Part shown: in pieces, positions 23,195-36,722 of the stretch
Layout of the letters: every line of letters begins with the position of its first letter
Position numbering within the stretch: the first letter of the stretch is position 1
Assembly: GCA_012295275.1 (NCBI GenBank)
Contig: CM022679.1
Location: 18,600,001 to 18,664,000 of the forward strand
Origin: Chrysomallon squamiferum
Taxonomy: Eukaryota; Animalia; Mollusca
Direction of reading: 5' to 3'
Length of the DNA: 64,000 nt
Notes under the pieces: generated by a model
Database searches by the model: none
What the model was told of the DNA's origin: nothing
The model's input: the letters and a program-made list of their open reading frames with translations, nothing else
Translations under genes and position numbers: made by a program

Positions 23195-26100
23195 TAATAA
23201 TAATAATAATAATAATATAAAAATGTTTATTGACAGGCCTAGCTAATTTTTTTGTATGTTGTTTTTTTATACTATTTTTGAATAGTGTTTTGTAAGTAAA
23301 TTCACCAGACTCCGATGATATCTCATTATTTACATTCTGAATTAAAATACTGCTAGAATTGTCGACTGATGAGGTTGTTATATAAGTAAGAAAGACACCT
23401 AGACGATACATTTTTATACAGAGGTCTTACGCCGTCAGAAAAGAACTCGTGTGACGTTTATTTTCATTTCTGGGATAAAATATTAACTGCCACGAGACGT
23501 TCTTCAGATCTTTGTATGTCGGTTTTGTATCAACATATTTGATGAAATTCCATGTAATATAAAACAAGAAATCTGATTGCCTTTGATTCTAATTTCTTTT
23601 TCTCCCTTCTTCTTTTTTTTTTCACTCAAAATAAACAAAATAGATCACATTAAATTTAAAAACATATATATAGAAGTCAGAGAAATAAATTTTAAAATTT
23701 ATTAATGTATCACTTCAGGACATAGGAATCACACACGCAGAAAAACACATCCAAAATTTCAACTTAGTATATTTTAAATTCGGACTTGCTTTATTGTCCT
23801 TTAGTTGTTTAGTTAAACAGAATGTTGGCGGACTGTTCTATATATATTGTGGATACATCTAGTATTAGTCGGATACGAAGTTTTCGGCTGTTTGTAACAG
23901 TTATAACAACAAAGTACATAGATATAATATTTCATGGTGTTGTAGAAGTCTTAGTATTACTATTCGAAAGGTTTGGGAAGATTACATTTTTTTATCATCT
24001 AATGATGTGTCGTAATTTGTCGTAACCAATAATGCATACAGATACAGACTTTTATTGCCTATTGTGCATGCATACATATATGTCTCGGTAGTCGACCACC
24101 TTGAAGATGAGGTAGATTAAATGTCATACGTTCATGTCTTGTCGTCGGCACATGACAATGTGTCAGTTCTGAAAAGATTTTGTCTCTTTGTTTCAATAAA
24201 ACAAGTTCATCTTTATTCATTTCTGAATACATAAACGTGTGTGTATTTTGTTGTATTGGCACGATTGTTTGTATTGCTGTTTTAAGCTGTACTGAAATGT
24301 TTCCAGACTAATACTTTTAGTTTATTTTACATTTTTAATGCATATCTTTTGTTTACTCTCCTATACACAGAGAACAGAATGGAAAAGTATCTTTTGAAAT
24401 GATGTAACTTTATAATTTCTTCATCGATGATAGTTTTGACAACAGAAAGATTGGCGGAAATTACAATGACATCTTGATAAGTTGTTTAGATAATATCTCT
24501 AGATAGAAAAAAAAAAAAATAAAAATAAAGAATTGAAATGTTTGTACGTACGTACGTACATATGTTTGGATATGAATATTCTGTGTCTTACGTGCATCTG
24601 ATTAGACAATATTCAGGAATACACTGGCGCAGGAGGACAAAGTCAAGTCAGGACCTCTCAAAGTCGTTGACGAAATTCATGTGTATTGTACCTATTCGCC
24701 CGCACTTTGCGTTCAAACATGAAAAAAAACAAACAAAAAAAATTGGCAATAACCGAGGGTAATCATCGCTTCATATGAAGCACGCCGTTCTTTTTGATTT
24801 TTCGTCATTTTTGCGTGCATTTATTTTTTGTTGGAAACCTGGCACTGGCAAGTAGGTGTTGCAAATTACCGATAATATCAATACCGGTAACTTACCGACC
24901 GATATTCTCAATACTGGTTTTCACCGGTTTTAGTTAATTTGTGCATAGGAAACGGTACTTATGGGGCTTTTGTGGACACTGTTTTCTCTTACACATACTC
25001 ATCTTATTTATTATTTAACACTCATCTGACAACATTATTCATTATCCTCCTTTTCCTCCTGTCTTCAGAAAAAATCATGAAATGAACCTTCACAGAACTT
25101 AAAATGGGAACAAGAAGTATATAAGAAATGTACATGCAATAAAAAACCAAGACGAAATGTGGATGCGAATTTTATAAAAAGGAACAAGGAAATTACGTTT
25201 ATTATCCAAAATGTACATAATATGTTTTGCAACTGTTGAGAAGTTCTGATTCATTCCTCGATACTCGAGAAGTATGACTTTAAAAAACACTAAACATCTA
25301 GTGTCTTGGGCGACAACCGAGAAGCAGGAACCAATCCCTTATCACTAGTCGCCAAAATCACTTAGGATGGCACACTTGTCAGCAATCAAACAGGTAAACG
25401 TGGAATATTAAACAGACGAGCATCGAACTCGCAGCTGAAGACACGCTAGGAGCACCCGAGTAACTAAAATAATTTTTAGTTAACAAATAACATATCTCTC
25501 AACATAACTCGTTAAAATTTAGAATACCGGTATTGGTGCTTCGATAAGGGTATTACCCATCAGCTACTAAAACTTGACGACATTACCGTTCGGCCATCAA
25601 GACAATCCTGTGTATGTCTGTTTGTTTGTACGGATGTGTATGTATGTATGTATGTATGTATGTATGTATGTATTTATGTATTTATGTATTTATGTTTGTA
25701 TGTATTTATATGTTTATGTATTTATGTGTGTAAGTATGTATGTTTGTATGTATGTTTGTATGTATGTTTGTATGTATGTTTGTATGTATGTTCGTTTATT
25801 TGTTGTGATGTGTATGTGTATGTCTGTTCGTATCTTTTTATCTATTTCTTTGTCGTCAGTCTGTCTGTCTGAATGGTTGTCTATCACTATATCTGGTTGA
25901 CCGTAGTCTGCTGTCTGTCTGTTTATCTGTCTATCTATTTCACTTTCTCTGTATCTAGATATACACATACCACCCACACGTGCCCGACACAAATATAGCG
26001 GCACACAAGCACGCGATTGTTCCCATATTTAAATAGCTGAAATATGTCATCTTTATTATTATTATTAAAATATTTATCACAGAATGCACGATACTTAATA

Positions 26101-29100
26101 ATTGTCCTAAATTTGATCAACATATTTTATTATCATCTTTACACTGTTTGGTATTTTATTGTGCTATTTCACCATATGATACTACAGGCATATAATTTAT
26201 TACCTCTATTCATCGAAGTCGGTGTTTGGGTTTCCCTCTCCGATTTTCTTTAAGGAGAGTGTAAAAAATGTGCAATGTCAGCGCGAGGCGCCTGTTTGCG
26301 ACACCATGCAGGAACGGATCGCCGCCTCTACCATTCAATACGGCGGAGCTAACCACCGTGAAGATGCCTCTGACCTATCATATTCTCTGATAAGGGCCAG
26401 GGAAATGCCAACAATGGGTTGTGATAATTTCGGTTACAGTGATCTCTACTGATCATTTTGATCGTTCTTCTTCTTTTGCCAGCTGGCGATACCATTACAA
26501 GACGTGTTAATATCATCCAGTATTCCTTACCGCCACATTATTTCAGCTTCTTCACCTTGACTAACAAGACTGTTTGCGTTCATTCAGTTACGTCGAATAC
26601 TGTAAAGTATTCCTCGAGGCCCTTGACTGTCGATCTTTTGAGAGTAAGACAATTCTACGAGAATTACCTCAAACTAAAATCTACCTCACTTCAAAGATAA
26701 ACGAAACTACAACAGTGAAAAAATAATTAACCTTTACAATTTTCAAGTCTTATTTTATAACTAATGCCTATATTTGTATTTGTATTTGTAATGGGAGGTA
26801 AATATGAATTGTATATAAATGGAATATATTACTATATCCTCATAAATATTATGAAATCAATATAGTTTAGTCCTGTTAGAGGAAAGCATATTACAGAATC
26901 AAAATAAACATTATTTTATTTTATAACCAGATAATATAGATTTAAGAAATAATTGTGTTGATACATTTATTTCCATAATAATACAGATACAGCAACATCA
27001 ACATACTGTTTGAATTACTTTGCACTTAAACACATATACATAATTTGTCGTGAGATTTTTATACAGAGATATTACGTAGTTATACGCATGGTTAAGGACA
27101 GATAGTTAAACACTGTGAGTTATAAAACAAGTCATAAGTATGTCGGTGTATTTATTAATACGTTGCAAGATGATTAAAGATTGATTGTACATAGCAGGGA
27201 AAGTCAACAGATCTAAGTTATGTAGATCGTCGCTTCACTATTTAAAGTAAGAAATCGGTTTTTACCTACTTTAGACATGTACTGACTAAAGTAGTATGGA
27301 TTTCTTTTAAAATCAATTACCTTAATCTAGATGAAATCAAACCTAGGTAATTTTGTTGAAAATATCCTTCTAAAACGCTTTTGTCACTTTAAAATATTTC
27401 GTCAAACCTAATTAGTCCAAATTACCGTACTAATTTAAAGTGAATGTATTTGTTTCCTGAAATCAAACACCATCAATTATGTTGTGACTGTATGTGTTTC
27501 CGATTAGATCAAAATATCTGGCGCAATTAGTTTTAAAAATGTTTATTCTTATATCACATTCTTCAGTCTGTTTAGTCATTTTCTAAACTGGCATTAGCTC
27601 ATCCGAGTAATTACCACCAGACAACCATAAATACTTTAATATTCTTTTAAGAAACAAAATTACCGGTTTCGTTTAAAATTCTTTTAAACTGCAGTCTTTC
27701 TTCATGAGAATCAAATGATATTTACCAGAATAAATCAGTCCTAGTACATACAGGAGAAACATATCTGTCGACTCTTTTCAAAAGATAATCGTATTCCCCT
27801 TCTAATGAACCCATATTTCCGTTACTTAGGTTTTGGGGAGCCACTTATATATAACAACTGCAAACAATATCCATTTTAAAATTTCAACCACTCATGATTA
27901 TTAAATGTTTTGAAAATAAAAGTACACGTCCAACAAATTCTGTATTTATGAAGGGAAAACAAAATACATGTGCTGAGTCAGAGTAATCTATAGGTATATA
28001 ATCATGATCTTTTAAATTCGCTTAGTGCTAGACGAGGCAAAGTTAAACAATATGTCTGTCAGTCTTGAATTTACGTCATTTGTATTTGATAGAGAAAAGA
28101 AAATTGTAACATCCGTCACATTCCTACCAGTCTTCACTACTGACTTAGACAGTCAGTAGTTTTAGCACACAAGTTGGTTTCTCTAATTACTAAATTCTCC
28201 AGAACCCATTTCTTGAGCTATTTTCAAGAAAAATCAATTCCAGTTAATGAGGCAACATCCTCAGAAATAAAGATATGTATTCTGTTTGAAACAATATTAT
28301 TTACAGATCCAAGAAAAAGAATATGTGATCACCAAATCACACATTTTATGTCAAAATGAACAATAAAAATTATAATTGTATTATGATAGAGGTAGAAAAA
28401 AGGAAAAGAAACATATTTATCGGTTTAAAAGAGATATTTGCTATCAACGGTATTGATCAAATCCATAACCTCATTATTAAGGATAGTCACTATGTCACCT
28501 TCATTCTGATAAAGAGAAAACTTCTAAGAAAATCATCTGCCCAAAGACGAATCCTATACTATAGAAAAAGTGCCAATCCAAGTTAGTAACTGGTGGGTTG
28601 TTCAGTATTATAATGAACTTTTTGCCTGGTTAAATAAAGCAGATTCATGATAAGAATTAAGAACTGACCTTTATGCACCAGAGAGAACAAATATTTCTAT
28701 ATTAAAGAGACGATGAAGATAAAGTTCTACCTCCACCATGTTTACTGAAAAAGATGCCCGAAAAGTGAGGCAAATCTCCTCGATTTCTATACAGTATATA
28801 ATAGAATATGGTACATTAAAACATGGATAAAGAACTTCGTTTTATGTCACCGGAAAAAATGTAACATCCACAACCATATCGTGCATTACAAATATATAGT
28901 AATTTTAGTTATTCTTTTATTTCAAACTAAATTATAATTAGTTGTCTTCTATAGCTATTTCACCTGCACTCAAAGTGCAAATATTTATCTGTAGGATTTA
29001 AAAATTATTTGAAATAAAGTTATTTGGTTTTTACCTATGTCCTTTTGATGTAATGTCCGTCCGCCAAGCACATATTTTTAATTTCTGCATGCCGTCTTTT

Positions 29101-30187
29101 CTCTGTGACACCAAAGAGATGTGAACATCTCAGGGCTATGTTCCTGGGAGTATGACTCTAGTAGTCAAGGCAGTTGGAATTTCAACTACCCCTCTGAATA
29201 TAACGTTGTCAGACTGCAATTGCCATATAATATATAGATATTATTTACACTGAAAAAAACAAACAAACAAAAAAACAACTAACTAAATAAATAAATAAAT
29301 AAAATTAAAAACCTCCCCACAGCAACATTTATGTGTAGATTTCATTAAAATGAACTGGATAATTGATAGAAGTGAAAAATAAAGCTAGCACTATCGAATG
29401 TACAAATTACAAAACTCAGTTATTAATATGGTCTACGCCAAAACCGCCTGTTATACTCTTTGTTTCTCTTTTCTGTAAAAATTATCAAATAAAATATTAT
29501 TATTCTCTAAAAAAAAAATTGCCAACATTAACAACAGAACTTTTGACCCAGACTGTATTTTAGTACATGTGGCGCAATCGTATGCATTTTTTTCTCAGCT
29601 TTGAAATAATTTGACACGTGACACATAAAACAGCCTCGTTTAGGACAGTATCTCTTTGTGTAAATAATGTCTTTCTATTAAATTTGCTATAGTCTGCTTT
29701 TAAACATAAAGGACCGCAACACAATGTTTAATTATATTTGCCGTCAGAAAAAAGCGGTACAAGTTAAGCACCTTTGACCCCTCCTGAACCTGAGACCAGG
29801 TTAACTGCTAGTTGTAATTGTCAGAATAATGATACACTACAAACTATACATAGGTGATGAAATCGTTTCTCTCCCGTCATTTGCAAAGGCGTGTTAAAAT
29901 TGTCATATCCAATGTTGTGGTTCAGAATTTTCTTATGATCAACTGACGTTTTGTAGTTGTTAGTAACGACATGGCCACGGTATGTTATCCCTCATCTATT
30001 TGACAGGTAGAAAGGTCATTTCTTTCTTTCTTTCTTTTTTTCTTTTTTTTTTAATTAATCCTTAAACGTTATTTCATTTTTATTGCAGTTTTGCATTTTG
30101 ATATTTAATAACAATGTACATAGCATCTTTGTTTTATTATTTTATTTAAACACATTAATACTGAAAAGCTATTATAAGAATATATAA

Positions 30188-30222
<35 letters not shown>

Positions 30223-30251
30223 AAAAAAAAAAAAAAAATAATGATAAAATA

Positions 30252-30287
<36 letters not shown>

Positions 30288-31853
30288 TAATAATAATAAA
30301 TGTATTAATAAATTAATACATTATTAATTAATAATAAAACGACAAAACTTGAAACCAACTTATGTTCACAAAACTGATAATTATTCTTAATGGTATGATT
30401 TGTAATCCTTTTAATTTTATTGACATATTCCTCGAATTTTAAAGGTGAACTAGTTCGCTATTTGGTGAAAAATTGAAGATAAGAATCAGTTTAATTCTTT
30501 CATTTTTTTGTGTGGAAATATAAAATATAAATTACTGTGTTGGTTTTCAGACCTGGGATGATCATTTAAAACTGAAAGCAGAACGATGGGCACAGAAATG
30601 CCGATATGAACGGCCTGATTTGAAACAGAACACTTTTTCACGACTGCATGGTCACAACTTATACTACTCACAGGGTACCACCAGTTCCTGGCACAGGATT
30701 ACTCGAACCATCGATAGGGCTCTGAATTCGTGGATCAGAGAGAAAGAATACTTCCAGTATGGTGTCGATTGTGGAAGCGCCTGTTCGTACGTTCAGGTAC
30801 GTCAAAATTGGACGCACTAGAAAAAAACAAAATATAAAATTAGCCGCCATGCTTTTCATCAGTCCGTAAATTACTTTAAAGTTTTTCTTTAAAAACTACT
30901 ATCGTGTACTTTCTTATTATTTTGTTCCATATCTTTTAAAACTTATTTATTTATATATTTTTGTTTTTATTTGATTGATTTTTTTTGGTTTATTTATTTT
31001 TATTTTAATTTAGCTTGTAATTGATCTAAGCTGTTATTTGACAGTTTCTTGTTGATTCTATTTTCATGACCATCATTAATTTCAAAACCGATCAGTGATA
31101 AAAGACAGTCACTGTACAACAGACCTGTATTTCTCTGTTTTAAAAGAAAGTTGTTAAAGATCATGACAGTAAATTATATTTGCCTAACCCATTTCTCATC
31201 ATGTTCTTTCTTAGTATCGAAGTTTTCATAATTACTTATTTAATATCAATTCAGAAGTTGAAAATTAATGGAAAAAAAGAAAGAAAGAAAGAAAAGATCC
31301 AGAAAAGCAAACACAAACCCCCAGAAACAACAAAAACAAATTAAAAATGAATCAAAGAAAAAAATAATAGTCTATTTCAAAGAAAAGAAATACATAGAGG
31401 TAATAAACTATGCTATTTGAACATCCAACAGACTTATATTATTTCTAGTCCGTAGTTTTATATGTGTGTGTGTATGTGTGATTTTTAAATTGCTTTGTGT
31501 TCAAATAATTTGTGAAATTATGTTGTGTCAATAACTTGTGAATTAGTATCGATACATTTTTAGGCAGTGTATTTAAATTATTACATATACTAGATGCAGC
31601 TTCTAAGAAGGTTTAAAAATTGTATCTGCTGAGAAACCTTTAGCATATTTTTAGATTTTGTTTTTCAGATGGTGTTTGCAAAAACCAACAAGATAGGATG
31701 TGCTTTAAGCTACTGTCAGTATCTTCGCGCGGGGAAGTACTGGATCCGCCACGCCACTCTGTTTGTGTGCTACTATTCACCAAGGTGATTATACTTTGTA
31801 TGTTACTGCTCATAAATTAATTATATTCTCTGTAATACAACTTACCAATATAA

Positions 31854-31912
<59 letters not shown>

Positions 31913-32729
31913 ATGTTAATTGATTGTTTTTAGGGGAAATCTTGTTGGTGAATACCCCTATCTTGGAGGTGCTGTTTGTTCAAAATGTCCTTACGGGACG
32001 ACATGTGATCATGGTGGACTGTGCTCACCACCTGGTATGTTTTCTTTATAATATCATTTTACATTAAATGGAAATTGTTTGTATGTATGTGTGTCTGCGT
32101 GTGTGTTTTTATGTGTATTCACATCTTTCTACGTATCTATTTATCGGTCTGTCTGTCTGTTTGTCTGTCTATCTATCTGTCTGTCTATCTATCCATCTAT
32201 CCAAATATCGATCTATTGATCCATTCATCTGTCCATTCTTCCACCCATGAAAACATATATCTGTCAACCTATTCATCCCTTTACTCCAGTTTGCTTATAT
32301 ATATATATATATATAACATTTATTTATTAAAATAGCATATTTTGCATATAAATATTTATTATTATCACTTTTTAATATATATGTACATGGAATAAAAATA
32401 ACAACACAACATGAACTTTGCGTCTACACAGTAATGTCTGATATTATTATGATTATGATTATGATTATTATTATTATTATTATCATTATTATTATTATTA
32501 TTACTGTTGTTGTTGTAGTTAGTATTATAAATTAATAGAAATAATAATTTTAAAATATATGTATACTTTAGTTGATCATCACAAAAAAATAAGCATTAAA
32601 CAGCATTTATTTTTGAATTTATATAGGAGATATTAGTACCTTGTTTCTTATTCAAGTCAGGAAATAGAAATTTACTTACATGCTGTGGATAGAGATTGCA
32701 GCGCAATCCTCATTACAAAAGCACAAAAA

Positions 32730-32800
<71 letters not shown>

Positions 32801-32826
32801 AACTAAATAAATAATAATATAAAAAC

Positions 32827-32884
<58 letters not shown>

Positions 32885-35800
32885 TAACCAAGAAAAAACC
32901 CTAAACAAACAATAAACCTCCTCCCCCCAAAAAACAACCTAATAATAATACTAATAATATAAAAAAAAATAATAGACAAATAAACAAACAAACAAACACA
33001 CAGCGACACAGACAAGGAAAGAAAAGAAGAAAAAAAAGAGAGACAGATAGTTAATATAATAACTGTTAATTTTTAAAATATTTTTTTTTTTTTTTTTTTT
33101 TTTTATTCATACATTTTTTGGAAACATTTTTTAATCAACTATTTTAAACTGTGAGATTATGCCTAAAAGTTTTCCTGGCATATATATATATATATATAAT
33201 GGAAGATGAATTTGAATAGATAAATACTTTGTATTTATGAAACATAGATAATACATTCAAAGTAATTCGATATGAAAAATAACTTGATCTGCTGCATGTT
33301 TTCAAAGGCATTAACAGCATGTTGCTCTGTTCACTATATGTATTGATGACGTCATTTCAGTTTATGCAGAATTTCGGGCGGCTGCGCCATTAATGGAGGG
33401 AGGAGAGGTGGTTGAGGACAAACCAGCCAAGGAAACGTCATTAGGTGACATTATAACATACATTGGTATTGTGACTAACATTCGCTGTCGTGTTTTACTT
33501 CCTTCCTGTGTGGTAATTTAACTGTGTTTCTTTAACTGATAAATGGTTCAGTAAACTGAATGAAATTATTATGGAATGACCAAAATTATCATAAATGATA
33601 GAAATTTAGTCAAAGGTGAATGGAATCTTAAGATGAAGGTTCGAAGATAAACGTTAATGAATGAATTAAGTAGTAATCTAACATCAACACCGAAAATGTG
33701 TTTTTAATCCTTTTATTGCCTCCATCCTAAAATGTAGTAAAGCATAAAATTCTCTCCGTTTTAGTAAACTACTGTAACAGCGATCTTATTGCAGTCAGAT
33801 TCATTGTCTTGACTCGTTCCTGTTAGCGAAATAGTGTTTAATTCAGGTTAATATAACAAATCATAAAATATCAGTAAATTAACCAAATTAACTATCATTT
33901 TATAAAAGACAATAAAACTAGCTAACAATTACCTGTTGTTACAGTTTGATTCCCTTTTTACAGCAGAATGAGATAACGTTTAATCGTGATTAATTTTTAT
34001 TTGTTGTTTTTTAACATTATTAATATTAAAAAGAAAAAAAAATGACTGTGATCAGTGTAATATATTATATCAATTCACACATTAATTTAATCAAACATTA
34101 TATAGTAATGTAACTAGATTTTATGTTAACCTAATAATCATGCTTTATGTTTGTTGCAGCTTATAACATGATAGTTTGTATTGTGTGGTATATAGTGAAA
34201 CAAAGTATGTAAAATTTGTATTTTGAAGAAATGTCCTCCACATAGCTGGATCTTTTATATGTACATTCTTTAACTTGGATTTTCGTAATAAAGATTTAGA
34301 AAATGACAAAATACACTTTCTTTATTATATCGCTGACATATCAAATATTACTTTGCAAGAAATATATCCAAACTGTTATTACCAATTGTTAAAAAGAAGA
34401 TATTGAAACTTTAAGTACGTCATGTTTCAAACCTTATTTTTATTCAGAGGATCTACCAGCTGTGCACTGTAGTTGTTTTTGGGGGTTCTTTTTTTTTTTT
34501 TTTTTTTTTTTTTAATTTCAGTAACAAATAATTGAGTTTCAAATTTATTCTGTTATAAACAATTATTTCTGATAACAAATAATTGAGTTTCAAATTTATT
34601 CTGTTATAAACAATTATTTCTGATAATTGATCTGAAACATATTAGTTTATAATTGTCTTTTAGTCGCTAATTTATAGAACACAAAATTCATGATTAAACC
34701 ATTGATTCCAGAGACCGTTCTTGTAAGAATCTGGACACAGTAACGCAGACGTTATTTAGTTTTCACGGACAAACACATTAGCTACACCTCTACATACAAA
34801 CCATAGTTTTGTTATAATATTGTTTTTTTTTTATCGAATATCTCCGCATCGTGGTGATGCTTAAATTTATCAACTAAATAAAAAATCAATTAATTCTGAT
34901 GTAATTATATATACATATTCTTGACAGGTACCTCTTTCGGAGCTCCGGTTAATTCTATTATGCATGTGTGATATGTCCGACCACATACTGTCTAATGCAT
35001 GTCCATGTACTTAATCATGCATGTGTACATACTGCGTGATGCGGGTATTGTGTGATGCTTATGTACATACTGCATAATGATATCCATATACTGTATGATG
35101 CATATCTGCGAAATGTGTAATGCTTATCCACGTTTTGCATGATGCATATCCAAAAATAATGCATGATTATGTGATGCACGTGCACTAAATTTGTAATGCA
35201 TATCCGCATACTGCATGATTATGTGATACACGTGGACCTAAAGTATAGTGTATATCCACATACCGTAGGCTGTGATGCATGTCATTATGCTGTATGATAC
35301 ATGTTTAAGTACTGCATGATGTAGGCCTATGTAGAACGGCACCCAAAGCATAACATATCAAGGGCAATATATCTAATCATTAGCTAAAGTCCGCCACAAT
35401 TTATTTTAGCGAGGTCTGGCAACATGTATAGTGCCCTTGATAGATATGGACCAAACCGATTGCCTTCGTCAAGATCTGAGTTTGATGTGAAACTAGTTGC
35501 TGGTTCAGACTGTGACTCGTATGAAAGAAACAATCCAGTCAGAAATAATCCTCGCAATTACTCACCTCGTTGTCGCAGTGAGTACGTCACAGGCTAAGAT
35601 AAGTTTCACATTCGGTTAGTTTAAATAATGATTCATAAATGTCAATTAAGAAATTATAGAAGGCCATTTTATGTTACATTTTAATACTAGTTTCTGTAAA
35701 ATACGCAGGTCATTTTTTATATTTGTGAAAGAGAAAATGTTTTTATAGAATTAGTAGCTTTATAACTGACTAATTAATTTTCATGTTTATATCACTAACT

Positions 35801-36661
35801 ACTGGTACGCTAATGCTGTTGTTGTGTACTAATTCTTGCGTAAAATAAGTGTTAAAATAAACCAAATAAGCAAGTGATCTGAGAAGAGACAGTGGGATCC
35901 TTAGGATAATTCTGAGTTGTGTGTTAAATAAACATTATTTTAAGATTATTTTAATATTTAATGTGAATCTGAATAGGTATATTTAGCAAATACTAAATAA
36001 ACTAACAAAACCAGCTAAATAATATATTTATTATATTGGGAATCATTGTAGAACAAAAAAACTTATATATATTAATATTATACACCATATGTTTAGAAGT
36101 GTAAAATTATAAATATTTTATGTTTAGAAGTCCTAATTTTAATATCTTGTTCAGAAGTGTAGTCTTTTAAATACCATTTGTTTAGAAGTGTATGTTTGTA
36201 AACAAAAATTATATTATGAATTTTATATGTTCAGAAGTGTTATCTGTTAAAGACAAGATGTTTACAAGTGTAATATATTAAATGTATTTTTCAGCTTCCT
36301 TGACACAGGACGAAGAAAATCTTATTCTTGAAGTAACCAATGAACTAAGACAAAGAAAAGCACGACAGCCACTGGTATATAATTCTGTTAACATTCTTCT
36401 AGATTCTTGTTACAAACAGATTATACTTAAAATAGATGATACGTATATTATACAACTTGTAAGTATTTCTGATCAATTATTGCTTTTATGCAACCTGTAA
36501 ATACGGGGTGGCGCAGATGACACTTACCATTTTTAAAAATAAAGCACTCTTTATTTATAATTTGTGTTATTTATTTATTTCAGATATATTTTTTTTAAAA
36601 TTGGAAAAAGTACACGACTGAGTGATATATATTAAAAGACATTTACCTATTTCTATATTAA

Positions 36662-36722
<61 letters not shown>

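Noticed and set aside
36090-36272. CRISPR-like repeat/spacer appearance
   Set aside because: Eukaryotic intron, cores only ~13 bp and degenerate, spacers short and AT-rich, no cas genes; better explained as a minisatellite
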